Assembly (NCBI GenBank): GCA_036172245.1
Contig: JAYWIR010000102.1
Coordinates: 1 to 64,000 of the forward strand
Source of the DNA: Raillietiella orientalis
Lineage: Eukaryota
DNA length: 64,000 nucleotides
Direction: 5' to 3'
Positions 23,901 to 39,430 of this stretch are shown here, piece by piece. The translations under genes were made by a program, and so were the position numbers. The notes below the pieces were generated by a model that was given only the letters and a program-made list of their open reading frames with translations, was not told the origin of the DNA and made no database searches. Each line of letters opens with the position of its first letter. Positions within the stretch are counted from its first letter, which is position 1.

Positions 23901-25996
23901 TTCTACAATTTGAAAGCATTGAGGCATCACATAATGCCTATATTATTTACAGACCATTTAAGTTTCCAAAATAACCTCAGATAACTTATTATGGAATATA
24001 AGATTGTTTTCAAGAATGCAAACATGAACTCAATCAATCTCTAGCAAAGAAACACAGAAACCAACATTGTAGAATCCAAGAGCACCAGTTTACTTGGATA
24101 TCATAAAAATATTACCCATTACACTGAAACATTTGAGAGAATATTTTAGACACAAATAAATGAAGAATGAAACTCTACACTACATACTGAGAGCTAGGAT
24201 GTTGGATACAAAGCAATTTGTACTATGTTACAAGTGCGTTACACCTACTTTTTAATTCATTCTGTGATATGCTCGACAGTTTACACTAAAACTTTTACTA
24301 AACATAAATAAACCACTAATAACTTACTAAAATAGTGATCAACTAAAACTGATGATGATCTCGATATTATGGAAAGCTCTTTAAATTAAATTACAACCAA
24401 CCCTTGCAAGTCTTCTTTTTTCAGTCTATGCAAACAACTTCCTTCAGAAAACTAAATCCCAAATGAAATTCATTTTTTTAAAAGAAAAGCATCCAGCATC
24501 GAACATCAGAAATGCCTCAACCATCAAAAAACATTACGGTTTTGGTTTCTGATCTTCATTTACCTTTCACATGGCCTAAAAGCCAATTTCTTAACACAGA
24601 AATGTAAAAAATTATAATTACTCCAAACCACTTTCTTAAACCAAGTGAGCAGTGATGGGGAAATTAATTCAAATGTTCATCTAATAGATGAACATTCCAA
24701 TCACTTCATCATTCATCATCAATGAATCACTTCATCTATTAGATGAAGTGATTACATTATTCATTCTCTTACCACCATAATCATTTGCTACCCTACACAA
24801 GCTCAAAGCATCCTAATGAAAGTGTTTATGGCAATTTGTGTATGCAGATGGCAAAACAGTAACCCACAAGGCATAAACTTGCACTTTTTTTTTGATAAAA
24901 TGCTGGTCTTCACATTTGTTATTGAATAAAAGAGCATTTCATAATTGCAAAACAAGTGTGTGATAAATACTTTATCATTTTTGCCTCTTAAAGGGCAGAT
25001 TGTGAAATCCATAAACACACTTTGAATTCCGAATTCATTTCAAAAACTCTGTACTGAAGTTATAATACACATGAAATACACATTCTTTACATACAACTAA
25101 AAATAAAAACACCAAAGTTTAGGGATAATTTAGAAACCAATTTAAAAGTTTGATGGGAAACTTCACCTTTTGATTTTCAGGACTATAACATCCAATATAA
25201 GAAAAAACGTCTCTCTGCAATTTGTGGCCTAATGACTAGAAATCATTGAACATATGTCGGCTCTAATATCAACTCTATTAGGATGTACAAAGTGATGAAC
25301 TCATATAGAAATACATTATGTGAAAGCGGCTTATTCCTCGATTATTTGCAATACATATAATGATATGGGTGTGACCTAGAATTTACTGGATTTCTTAGTT
25401 GTCAACCAAATCCCATATCAATACAAAAAATTAGTTCATTTAAACTTGAAACATCGATTACTTATTACTAACTGTAACGCCAGATGATGGAAGCACACGA
25501 TGTGTGCAACAATTAACACTTTTCTGAGTTATCGTTCTGAAAAACCAAAAATTTAGGAACCGGTATTTTTGAACAAATGCACTGTACGATTCCCTGAAAA
25601 GTGAACCGTGGTCTCACGACTAAATAATCCACTTTTTCCCTTAATAATCCTTTTTTTCCTATGGTTTCAAGGAATAGGTGAATTATTATCATTTAAATGA
25701 AATTATTCATTATTAAAACATCAAATACTTATCATAGATAATCCACTAGTATCTACTGTAAACTGGCACAACAATCTAAGTATTAACCATTGCATCATTT
25801 CACTCATTATCGATGATCTTATCGTTACATTAATCGTGCTTTCAAATACACACCCAAGTAACGAAACAAAAACACAAGAGCGGAACAAACAAAAAAAACA
25901 AACATCATAAAATGAATATTGTGCTGACATACCTAAGACAAGAGGAAGAAACACATCCAAACAAGCAACTTTCAACAGGAACTTTCCAAACCACAT
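20953..25996 (-). CDS. Tsf2: Melanotransferrin / transferrin-2-like, two lobes, signal peptide and GPI-type tail (~756 aa, 9 coding exons)
   Basis: Exons 25996-25933, 23682-23537, 23485-23353, 23304-22861, 22611-22454, 22410-22318, 22275-22111, 22060-21972, 21931-20953; all GT-AG and phase-consistent, total 2271 nt. Motifs LVWCT, LDPGD, YTVAVVK, AGWVIP, YSGFDGAVHCL, GDVAF, LLCPDG, LDAGD; hydrophobic C-terminus VFIPNVILLFFIF. Confidence 0.95.
24650..24753. repeat. Pair of perfect palindromes, probable MITE end, in melanotransferrin intron 1
   Basis: AATGTTCATCTA-A-TAGATGAACATT (24672-24696) and AATCACTTCATCTA-T-TAGATGAAGTGATT (24725-24753), preceded by CAGTGATGGG. Confidence 0.6.
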
Positions 25997-27151
25997 AATT
26001 AAATTAAAATAAGGAAATTAGAATATGTACACACAAAAAGAATCAACTCAAATTTGGGACCCACCAGGGATACCAACTAGGAGATAGCCTTTACCGTTCA
26101 GGCTTACAAAGAACTGTAAGTCATGAGAGCTGCAAAAATGTCATCGAAAATCTATTATATACGTGCATTCTTCATGCAAGAGAAAATAATACAGTTTACT
26201 ATTTTTTACTATTATCTCATGCGAAAATTTTAGACTTAATAGGTCAACGGCAACTTAGAAAACAACTGAAATGTTTTATTCAAATTATGCTTATCAGTGA
26301 TGCTAGAAAACATGGGACACGTTGTTTCTCTGATGGCAAATTCTTGTATTAAGCATCACTTTTTAGCAGAATTCAATGATAAATGTATTCTATCCATCTT
26401 GAAGTACCTTTGATGCCATAGTATCTGTTCTATAAGGGTTTGTTTTTTCTATCTGTTTATGAAATAGTATGCAAATATACGATTTAATTCAATACAATCT
26501 GCAGCATACTGTAGATCCTAATCAAAAGAAGGTTTTTAGTATTCCAGTGTTGTGTTCCTACAAAAAATTCATCGTCTTATCAACTTTCCCTCCACTCTCT
26601 AGGAGTAATATCCCAATATACATTGCTAGTTCAATAATCATAAAAAAATGCATTTATCCCAACTGAGCTGCAGAAGACACCACACCTCCATAAAGACACT
26701 ATACATCGTATCGCTCACTCATTCCCATGCTAATATCACATAGATTTTACCTGAAAACAACATATAAATAAGTTTAATGCTATGTACACTTTCATCGATT
26801 ATTAATCCCTAACATCGGCTTTTCGTAACTCCGTCATTACCTTCACTAATTATAGAATCCGTCTTATGCCCAACTGATATAAGGTTTGAATAAATACAGT
26901 CATATATTCATTAGTTATATCCGTCCTTAAGTAATTTCATTCCATAGGCGGATCAGATCCTATACCTAACCTCCTCTCTATAGCATCATAAGCATATTTT
27001 GTATTCGTTCTAACTAAAATTGAATTTAAATTCAAGCACTAAATGTTGCGTTTGGATTTTTCCTTGCTAAAAGGCTGAAAGACCATTTAAACCGATTTGG
27101 ACTGATAGCATTTAAACTCATATATGATATTCAATTGAAAAACTGCTACTG

Positions 27152-27490
27152 GTCCCTAAAATGGATGCCGCTCAAACGTGACGCCTATACCCAACCGCCG
27201 GGACAGAGACGTTCCTGCCCTCCGGCGCACCGCCGTCGATGACGGAAGGCCACTCAGGGTCCGGCGAACAGGAGGAAGGTCACCACGGTGCGTGCAGTCG
27301 GGCAGGAGCTCTCCTGAAGCCGCTGTCGACGCAGATCTTGGTGGTAATAGCAATTACTTCAGCGAGATTCTGGAGATCTGATGTGGAGAGCGTGCCATGA
27401 GAAGAACCTTTGAACATGGTTCAGTTGACTCTTAGGTCTCCGGAAGAATCGATCGTGCAATGGGGGTTGTTTAAAGAAAGAGAGAGAAAA
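27152..27490 (+). pseudogene. 28S rRNA pseudogene: Retroposed 28S rRNA fragment (D6-D7 region) with A-rich tail and TSD
   Basis: GC-rich island in AT DNA matching conserved LSU blocks CCCTAAAATGGATGCCGCTC, GCAGATCTTGGTGGTAATAGCAATTA, GTGGAGAGCGTGCCATG and TTGAACATGGTTCAGT. Followed by AAAGAAAGAGAGAGAAAAAAAAA and flanked by AAAAACTGCTACTG at 27138-27151 and 27491-27504. Confidence 0.88.
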
Positions 27491-29199
27491 AAAAACTGCT
27501 ACTGCTCCTTACCGATTCGTATTTCAGTATCAAGGTTTCTGTGAACTTGGACTTTTATTTAGACTACTCTGGAGTCTCTTAGGTGATTTTGCTTTCGTTT
27601 TCTAGTCATACCGATTAATGTCCCATTTGTAAAGATTCCTTTTCATTATACTTTTCGGAAAATAGTTTCTGATTATCTAATTTCACTTCCTGAAATTTTC
27701 ACTTCCTGAAAAAATGAAAAACAAAATATAATTCTTAATAGACATTTAAAAGCTGTAATTATTTCTATTATGAAACAAGGTTTTTTTTTTTTTTTTTTTT
27801 TTTTGCGGAGCTAACCATCTTTACAATTTGGTTTCTTACTGAAATCCAAATCAAAAATGCCTGCCATCCTTGTCATTACTTGTATTTTGCAAAATCAGAC
27901 AGCCACAGCAAATGTAAAGTGGTAAAAAATAAGACGTTGTAGTAAGAGGGAATCATGGATTTGTAGCAAATTGGGATAAAATGTTTTTTGTTGCCTTCCG
28001 CATTTTATTTTTCTCAAAAAATGGATTGTGAATATGTACTATAAAGTTATTATAAAGACTAGCATTGCTTCAGTGAAATACAGGCACATGTTACTTTATC
28101 GAAGGAGAAAGAAAAGCAATGAAACGATGAAATATTTCTGAAGCATTGAAAATTCTATTGCTTCACCAGTACGAGAACTAAGATACTTTTCGTATAAGGA
28201 TTTTAGACTATTCCAGCGGTTAAAATGTCTTGAATAGTGAAATGATGCATACATTTTTAAAAGAGAAATCCAAACTATTAGCCATTCCATCTTGAGAGTA
28301 AAAAGCCACAATCATTTATTGCTAACGTTTCTTATAGAATTACAGATGATCTTGAAATTACTTGTGAGCAAGGACAAGTTGCTCACAAGAATCTCCATTC
28401 TAATGTTGTTTGGAAAAGGATTGTTTACAAGTTGTTGCAAGTTGCAGACAATGTTTAGAATTTTGCAAAATATTCGTAGAGGTAATGTCATAGTCCCTAA
28501 TTGGGGCTTCTTAGAGTAAACATCTCAAATGCTTCCAACCAAATTGGTTTCTTCTTAATTTGGGGAATTTTTCTTTGAAATTGCAAAGGTAGCATCCCCA
28601 TTTTCTCCAATCCAAATAGATAATCTGAGCATATTTTCAGTCTTCTTTCGGAAAACGAATTCTTTACTTCAAACACGTTTATGAAATACTCAAGGATTCT
28701 TTCCCTGAAAGCAGTGCTTTGTTATTGATTGCAGTGGGATTCTGATCAAAATAATGGAAGTTTTTGCAGCCAGAGATGCGTTTTATCATGCATCCGATTT
28801 GAAATGAAAGGTACAATAAAGCAGCTTTAGGCGAGTATATTTGTTTTGAAGGGAAATGGACTGCGTCGATAAGCCAAAAGGGAAGTATACAGAACAGCTA
28901 AGTAGCCATTTGTAGGCACCTTGGTCAGAATTCGAGCCGCCACCAGGATGATACTGCCGATTGGCTTGGCCATTGCCAGGTACAATCATGCTTTGCTTGC
29001 AGTGATCCTAACTACGTGTGCAGGAAGCAGGATGAAGGGGAAAGCTAGAAATATGGGTCCTCTGTAATAGACGGGTAATCCCTCAACACTTTAACTTGCG
29101 TTGCATAATAAATGTGAATGCCGGGGTGGTTGCCACACTTCCGGGTGACAAACCCCGAATCATTTTTGGACATTAACTAATAATACTGTTAGGTTACAT

Positions 29200-31000
29200 G
29201 CTGAGAGGAGAGCCCACCACCAAGTAGTGGATGTGAACCCATCTTTGGAATGCTATTTCCACTCTGAGATGCCACTCAGTGCATGATCAGAAGGGATCAG
29301 CAAGAAACAAGAAGGACCGTGACTGAGAGGTCACGCAATCCAAGGAACACGTGGACAGGTTTTTCTAAGAGCCCAAGGTCAGAAAAGGATAGAGATGCCC
29401 ACTCTTTGAATTCCTTGGGCATCGCACAAGAGATTCGGACTTAGATGTTGGATGTCCGCGCCCCAAGTCAAATGCATTCAGACACTCTGCTCCCGCCTCA
29501 AAAAGACGTACCCAACTTCAAGTATCTGTTGACAAGTCGAAACCTAAGGCGGCATACCCAAAGGAAAACGTGCCTTCTGGAACGTACATGGAAAACTCTA
29601 GAGGTACAAGGAACAGCACCGTCTTCACGTCCTCTTTCCTGCCTTCCCGATCTCTAAGTCGCTCACCTGACTACCAGAAAAGTGTATCACAAGGAACTAC
29701 TTCCGGACTCTGCACCACTATGTGCCTTGCGCTGGAACTGGGTCGATAGTTTACTTGCTACCATCTCTCTCTGGTAGGACTTATCTGAACCATGTTCTTC
29801 CTCTTCCTTTTATCGGTAAGGGTAGCACTGGAAAGGTTGGAATCTACATGTCCTTTTCATTCTCCATTTTGGAGGATTGAAAACCAGAGCCAAGAGAAAG
29901 CCAGGCAATCTGATCCTCCAGGATCACAGGAACATTCTTTGAGATATGTGTGCTTATGCATTTTTTCAGAATGAGTTCCGTAAAATGAAACCATTCTTTC
30001 GTTATTTCCTCGCGCCCATTCCAGGACTGCTCCTGAAGGTGACTAGTCAACTGCGGCCTTCCACTTACCACGCTGTCCAGAATGTTGGTGCTTCTTAACG
30101 CTGCACACGATAACTCGGTTTCTCGTCTAGGAACAGAACAATGGTCACACGCTGAAGATAAACATCGATCAGAGTCTTGAGCTCGGTGCCTGTATCCCCT
30201 TAGCACTCTGTCACGAATCAGTGATGATGGCATGCTCGTCGCAGCAGGAACTCTGTTTCCACAAAAGTAGCTCGCAAAGCATTGTGAGGCTCTCTCGTCG
30301 TCACGCTCATACTAATAGCATCATGATCGCTGGATCCTGCTTCAATCACGAGCATACAGGAAGGAAAAGCAACTCTGGTGTGCATGAGAAACCGTTATGG
30401 CAAGCTGGCAATGAATGCAGGATGGATTATTCTAAGAGGCAGGAACTGTCAACAGGTGTCTGCCATCACACATGCACGGTGAAACTCGAGAGATGAAAGG
30501 ATGGCAGCAAAGTGTCCAGCAGATTGTCGCACTGGAAGCTGGAACAAGAGAGGAGTTAAGTTAGGCTGTGCATTTCATTACAAGAAATAAGAAAGCCTTC
30601 TCGGATACGATACTTCAGCAAGTATCGGCGGCGTCCTCATTTTCCAGTAGCGATCATTAGCACTTACACACAGAATACAAGTGTTTTAGAAGCTGGCGAG
30701 AATAATCATGTGGGCACGTGCTCCACGGAAATCAGTACATATCAGCGATAAGAAAGTGCGCTCCTGTTAGGAGTCCTGCTAGAGATGCGGCGTCACTCGG
30801 GTAGCAGGCGCCTCAAGACTCCACCTCTTGGCGCTTGTGAAACGATTTTCGACGTGTTTCGAAAAAAGGAGAGAGTTTTCCCTGGAGGGCGGATCAGCAG
30901 ACATTCCTACACAAATCAGAAGCAAACCTCTCCCAAGAGGGTGAAGTGGTTAAAGCTTCAACGAATTCCAAGGTACACGAAAATCGAGATTTCTGAGTTG
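29200..31000 (+). mobile_element. Possible decayed Gypsy-type remnant
   Basis: GGTTACA LTR-end-like junction ~29198; AGTGSIVYLLP (~29732, cf. protease DTG motif); DTSASIGGVLIFQ and ARIIMWA (~30608-30715, cf. RNase H DAS..GIGAVL.Q / LAIVWA). Confidence 0.33.
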
Positions 31001-32909
31001 TCTGAGGACATTTAACAGGTAATCTTGAAATTCCTCGTTCTCCTCCAGCAACTGGACCTTTGTTTTCGCACACAGCGTTTCGTCGTTCGCCCCGAAGGTA
31101 CCTGTATCTCCTGCTTCTCTTGGTCTGTGTGCTCTCTCCATCAGGATGACTAGAAAAATGGAACATCGTTGAACGCTTGGGAATTCGGTAAGGGCGTGTA
31201 TAGAGAAAAGCGGATGTCAGCGTGCTTAGCCGCCAAATCTATGACAAGTGAAAATTACTTACGTGGCTTTTGCACCACTATTTCAGATCGCTCATCATAA
31301 TCCACATGGGTGAAAGGTCCTTTTGTCACAGATTTGTGAGTGCTTTCACGAAATCTATGCAGAAACCTAACGAGTTTGAGGAGTTAGTTTGCTTTCAGGA
31401 AACCGTGTAGACGCAGCGGGCACAATCAGCTACAGCAGATGTAAATAGCTTTAGCGAATTAGTGCAGTTTCACAAAACATAGAAGGCCTTCCTCTCATGA
31501 TTTGCTTTGATTTTTGTGTTCCGTAACATTGATTAGCTCTGCGGAGTACGAATATCCTGTTATTTTTGCTAAAAAATCCAAAATCTCATATTTCTGCAAA
31601 TCTAATTGTTCCAAGCAGTCATTTGGCTGCCTTTTTGGAGAAGAATTAAAGCTATAACATTCTATGCTAGAAAATGAAAACGAAAATATAAATTCCACAG
31701 TTGTTTTGAAAAATAAGCAAGTATTTGTGCTTAAATGAGACTTGAAAATTATTTTCTTCATATGATGCCTGTCTTTCCTAATTGAATCATTTTATGAAGA
31801 GTTATCGTATTAAAATGCTCACAAGCAAAGTACATGCCAGATGTTCAACCAGATTTAAAGATGGTGCTTAATGTTTGGTAAGCAGAACTCATTTAAGTGA
31901 CATGTAAACTCTAATGGATTTGAAATGCAAAGCAAAGAGCTTTTGTTCCATGAGAGCAAGCGTAACATGGACCTTAAAAGCATGCAAGATAAAAAAGAAG
32001 ATATGAGCACATGCATTGTTTAGTCTACAATGAAAACTGTCTGAAAATTTTCAACATTTCTACATTGCAACTGGAAAGCAATATGTATGACACCCCAGGA
32101 GTTTACATTGGAGCAGCATTATCACTTCATAGTACTCGCATTTTCCCGGAGAAGTGGAAATAGAAAAAACAAGTTTCATTTCTACACTGTCTTTTCAGTG
32201 TCATGAAATTTGATGTTCGCGCTGAACTCGTAACAATCGGATGCCTGAATTAGTTATGGTGAAGGATATACTATATTATTAATTCAAAAGCATTACTTAC
32301 AGTTTTTCTTTATCAAGTCCTGATGATCACAAAATTTTGTTACGCTTAGCAAGATTTCTATGTCTTTAGGATTTCATATACACATAATTCTATAGTTACT
32401 TTGCATCCGAACAAGCATTTTCTTGAAACAACCTATGGTATTTTCTGCTTTGTAAGTTCTTTTGGTAATCGTGCATCAAGTCTGTGGTGAAAGCAAAAAA
32501 CGCCTTCTTTCCAAGAATTCGGTATGTTCAGTTCACAAATTCGTAAGGATTGCTGTAACGAATAACCATCAAGACACAATCTCTCCACATGTTTGGAAAC
32601 CGCTTAAAATTAAATGAGCCTTCACAATTTCCAGATTACGCATAGCGTATATTGGTTTTAAAGTAGATATTGAAGTAACCATATCTTACTAAGTTCGTAG
32701 CTAACATGAGTAGAATTCCAAGCGATGTGCGTTATAATTATTGTAAAGCACCTTCATCAATCACTTGCCCACTTACTAGGAAATCGTCAAATAGCATCTG
32801 ATGTTATTGCCCGAAAAACTTAATTTTTGAATTTTTTTGTTTCATCACAGGAATTACATATATTAATTGAGGAATTGAATTTTGCCACGATTTGAAGGAT
32901 TTTTATTGA

Positions 32910-34393
<1,484 letters not shown>

Positions 34394-34418
34394 TATCTTT
34401 TCTTGTAAACTTTATTTT

Positions 34419-37400
34419 TTACAAACACTGAACAGCTTTGTCACAGGGTTCCTTTTCATCATTGGGAATGATCCAAAATATTTTACCAGATGGCATGCAC
34501 ACACAGATATGGTAGTGAGGTACCAAAGATGCATTCTGTGCTACTGTGACTTGCGTTGGGGTCAGGTATATCTGCTCAGCAAGCAGTGTTATGTTACTTG
34601 CACACTAAAATAATCATAGGCAAAGACAGCATGCTTATCAAACCTGAAAATGCACATCATGATCAGCAAGAATGCTGAAGTTCTTGCTCCACAAACGGCT
34701 TCCCTCATTTCCCTTTAGTAATATTTGAGAATCTGAATACAATCGCAAATTTTCTGAAAGAGGACTTGTTGCATGTGATAAGGAAATATCTTCTAAAACC
34801 ACGTTTCTCATGGATTTCAAGTTTTCTAAATTCAAATTTTTTGCTGAGAATACATCTTCGCCCTCAACAGTGTTTACGCGTAGCTCAGCAGAACTGATTG
34901 CATCAGGTTCGATTATTAAGAGGAAACCATCGCTAATGTTTTTCTGTGAGCTTAATTTTGCTAAAAGCACATTGTGATTAATGCTATGAAATACTCTTTG
35001 AATCATAACATGCAGTCATATTCAAGAATACTGAGTAAATTTCAATTATGTGTACATGGAAACCTTAGCTGTACTTTGTTGTCTAATATGTAGAAGAAAA
35101 AGAAAAGATTCTATTAGCATTTTTACAAACTAAAAATTTATGGAAACAAATGATGATGAAGAAGTTTGTAGTTTCCTGAGGCTACTTTGCAATTTTTTTG
35201 TTTAAATGAAATCCAGTAGTTTGTCACCAATAATCTACATCTGTAACAAAACTAAACTTGATGCACATCTAAGACATCTGGACTTGAAAAATTCAGAAGT
35301 ACATAGTGTGCTTATGTGTGCATTTGTTTGGAACCAAAAACAACAACTGAAACTAGGAAATATAGTATTATGGAGAGCTTTTACAAACACAATTAAACAA
35401 ACTGTCAAGTCATTTCATTCCTTAGTCATGTGGACTTGAAGCTTGGCAAGTCTTTACTGAATCCACCTTCACTGTTACAATTGCATGATGTGTACTTTCA
35501 TTTCAGAGCTTTTCAAAGAACTGATGTTAATAACAATTGTCTTTTGTCCTGTTTAAAATACGGTTTTAAAAAAAGTCAACACAGACTTTTGTGTGCTGTC
35601 ACCACATACTTGTGACAATTAACACTGTTTTGGTCTTTCACATTTTACCTTTATTTTTCACTCACCTTAGAAATGCGAAGTTTTACGCAATTCAGATGCA
35701 AGTCGATGATTTTTCAGGAGCATTAAACTGCTGCTGAAAATTTATTTGCACATCATAGAAGCAGCTTATATAATAAAAATGTTAAATACTTAATGTGTTC
35801 CCTTATCACTGAATTGAAAGTATTTTTATATTGCAGTGTAAAGGCATGACTATCCAGGATTTTTTAGTAAGTGGGCAGAACTGCACTGACAAACAGTACA
35901 GTGTTTGAAGGATTAGCATTTACCTCCAACCAACTGCAAGCATTAAATGTTCGAAATTCCATTAACCTTATCTTCTCTTTATTTTTGTTGAGCTTGTTCC
36001 ATTATCCTAATTCCCTAACCTTCATTCCTTACACAGCTGTACCATTTTCTTCAACATAAAAGCTATGTCCTTAAAGTGCACATCAGATCAAAATCGGGTA
36101 CATGCTACCTTACAATGCCCACAAATATCAAGCTGCTATTCATCCATAATTTATAAGTGAAAAACCAATCCTGCAAGAAATTTCAAAACATCGGCAATTA
36201 TGGCTGTAATTACTAAGGCATTGGTAAATGCACAAACATGATGCATGAGGAATTCTCATGGTGCTCCATAAATGCATTAACGACATTTGGGAATTAACGA
36301 CAACACTTGTGCTGGTACCAAAAATTCAATTTCCCAAATGCACAAATAACTGAAATAGGGAATTAAGAAAAGTATCATCTGTACAAGCGTACCATATCTT
36401 GTTTAATGCCAAATGCAATCATGAAATATACCTGACAGAATGACTGATTACTCTGACTTTAATTTTGATACTGCCTAGATTTTTAAGACCATTGAAAAAA
36501 CCCTAGTTGAACATATTCTTGTTAATGTAATAAAGGCTAGTTTGCAAAAACCAACATAAAGGATAAAATTCATACAAATTCATACTTGTGCTTCATTGTT
36601 TGGACATACTACTTCTGGTTCATAATCAGAGAAATATACAGCTTTTACTGAAATCTTGACAAGAGGTTGCAAAAGCAGCACCAGCTTACTAGCTCAAATT
36701 AAAACCTTTCTTTACAAAGCACCACGTTATCATTTTTCACATGCTTGATTGAGGTAGATGTACTTTCCACACTCTTAACTTATACGGACATTTGGGAAGT
36801 GACAATATGTTGGAGTGTTTTCTGGCTTGCTTCAAGTATTTGCAAGATCAACAATTTTTGCTGGGGCGGATATCGTCTGTTTATCATATACATCACAAAA
36901 GACATCAAGGAACCAACAACATAAGAAAACTAATGACAACGCTTTAAATTTCGTGAACAATTTGGAAAAAGCATATCTGTAGTTGTGATCTCAAAAGTGC
37001 TAATCAAGATCAACCAATCACATTGGATATTGGACAACTCTATGATTAGTAACATACTTGCTAAGTAACAAAAGTATACGATAATCACTCCCTAAACTTA
37101 GTTCTGTGTTCATGAAAGTACATCAAATATGCTTTTCATTCGTTTACCATATTGAATCCTATGTGTTCTTACATCTGAGATTCTGAATTAAGGGACTATA
37201 CATCACAACTATTTACGTTTACCGTTATGTTAAATTCCTGTAATCAAAAACAGCAACCATGCAAAAAGATTTTTCAAGAAATCAACATGGAATTCAAGTT
37301 CTCAAAATAAAAAACTTTGGAACGAGAAATGATTTCACTTTCATCAATAATGATTTGCTTACAAAAAGTAGGAACTCCCGAACGAATCGTGCTTGCGAAA

Positions 37401-37835
37401 ATTTCCAATACTTCAGTACTAAAGCTTTTGATGATTCCTTCTAGATGACGGAAGCTGGTTGAAAAAATTGAATTTGGTACGACAATGTAACCCTCATCTT
37501 GTAATTGCAATCCTGAATTTCCTGAAGATATTATAACGATGCCCAGGAGGGCGTGCATCATCATGATGTTTAATACAATCAGGAAAAGTAAACATGTCAG
37601 AAGAAAACCAAATAAAAACCTCGATTTACAAATGCAAACTTGTAAATACCTTACACACTCCACGTATGCATGCCTTGAAAGAATACAGAAAATGTTAGAT
37701 TTAATGCGAAAAATGAAACTTCTTTACATTAAATTCCCTATGTAAATTACAAAGTTTCGTTTACTGCGTTCATTAAAACAAACGTGGAGATAGAAAAATA
37801 TTTATTACGTACACTTTTCCTGCTAACCTTCCCAT
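34419..37835 (-). CDS. SGCB: Beta-sarcoglycan-like type II membrane protein (~273 aa), divergent
   Basis: Model 37835-37828 (tentative 8-nt first exon), 37673-37363, 34960-34644, 34604-34419 (822 nt, phases consistent). N-terminal TM FLFGFLLTCLLFLIVLNIMMMHALLGIV; TSPLSENLRLYSDSQILLKGNEG..ADHDV; C-terminal Cys cluster YHICVCMPSGKIF..C...C. Confidence 0.8.
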
Positions 37836-39249
37836 TTACTGTACTTGTAGACACCAACGTTAACGCGAATAGGCAGAATTCTCAGATACTGAAACTCTAA
37901 AAAAAAAAAAATGTGTTCTTGTTGTTCATTGAGGCCAGCAGAAGGTAGTTTTTCACGAGCAGCACCGAATGTTTCCATTTTCCCAATCAAAAATACCGTT
38001 CCTCTTACCAACATGCTTTCTTCCATCCCCCCCCCCGTAAATGCTCATTGGGTGCCCATGGTAGCCTGCTATGCAACCGTTCTTCCGGTGCACAGAGCTG
38101 CAACCCTTTTCATCTATCACAAAGGGTCCATCGATCAGATGCACCGAGCTTCTTCCGTACGTGCAAAAAAGTTCCAAAAGCAGATCTTCATGGCATCACT
38201 CCCAATGCTCGAAAAGGGAGAGGGATGGAAGATGGGCTCTCACTTGCTGCAAACATTTTCTTCGAGAAATCCTTCATCCCACATATGTTGGTGCATCGCA
38301 GAAAATGTACAAATGTACGTTATGGCTTTGGCATTTGTCGTCCTAGTCGACGATCGCAGCGTTCTCAATTGATTTGCCAACTTTCTCAATGGAGTAAAAT
38401 CACCTGCTGTTGCAGTATTGTGTAGCAGAATATTATATTCGAGTTCATATCGAAGATGAAAGACATGAAAGCTCAGAAGTGGGATGCAAATGACAAAAAT
38501 GCAGTCATCCATCGAAAGACTTGATGAACGGAAAGCGATGGCAAGTTACAGAAATACAATAATATTTGTTGAAATTATGTTAGATAAATTTCAAAGTGAG
38601 TTCAGGATAGCATAACTTTGTATGAGAAACCGTTAAAAAAGAGGAAAAACATGAAACGTGTGTGTGCAGCATCGTGTTAATGCAAATGTCATAATGTTTG
38701 AAAGAACGAAAACCCGTTTTTTCAACCAGCCATACCGAGAAAGCATAAAAAAAGTGAAAATTTCAAAAATCCAAAGATTAGATGCAAGAATTCTTTCTTG
38801 TTAACGGATTCCTTCGTCAGTTCATGAAATCTCAACACAACTTAATCACGGGTGAAGCAGATGTCCCCGGCTTAATTTATTCAAACGCCCTCTGCAGAGG
38901 AAAATTTCGAACGGAGCAGCAATGTGCTCTCTTTGTTTCGTCTCCTTATGTGAACAATCTAAGACGAACGACTTTTTTCTGTTTGATTTGTCAAAAATGA
39001 AACTGCTGCTAAGTGGCAGTTTGGTCCTATGCAATCGCGATCGGACCTCCGATTCGTCCTCCCCGTGTCAGAAGAAAGACACGAGTAGCAGAGCTCCTTC
39101 CGCCAACTCCTCCCTGGGATGAGGACCGGAGAAATAAGAGGATGATCAAGCAGCATCCCTCCGGGTCCCGTGTGCACCACCTGCACCAGGCATACGTTGA
39201 GGCTGATTCCATTGAACCCATCTTCAGTTCCTCCGGGAACCGAAATTAT

Positions 39250-39430
39250 CACCCTTGACAAGTTCGCATTGCTTCCCTCCCCTCTGACCCGTGATATTTT
39301 CACAGCCATGGCAGCACCTTCCCTTGACGACCACTCCGGAAGCCTAGAGTTTGCGGTTATCTCGGTGGGGGTCTCGTATGGACCGACAGCAGGAACCGTA
39401 CGGCGCTCTCCTTAAGAAGCCTTAGGACCA
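39250..39430 (-). mobile_element. Possible Gypsy integrase GPY/F tail remnant
   Basis: Minus frame VGPYETPTEITANSRL..VKISRVR resembles GPY..V...S...YRL..VHVSRLK. A similar IDGPFVIDEK occurs at ~38105-38137 (-). Confidence 0.3.

Noticed and set aside
27152..27470. Functional rRNA gene or rDNA unit
   Set aside because: Only ~315 nt, with substitutions in universally conserved positions, and bounded by an A-tail and TSD.
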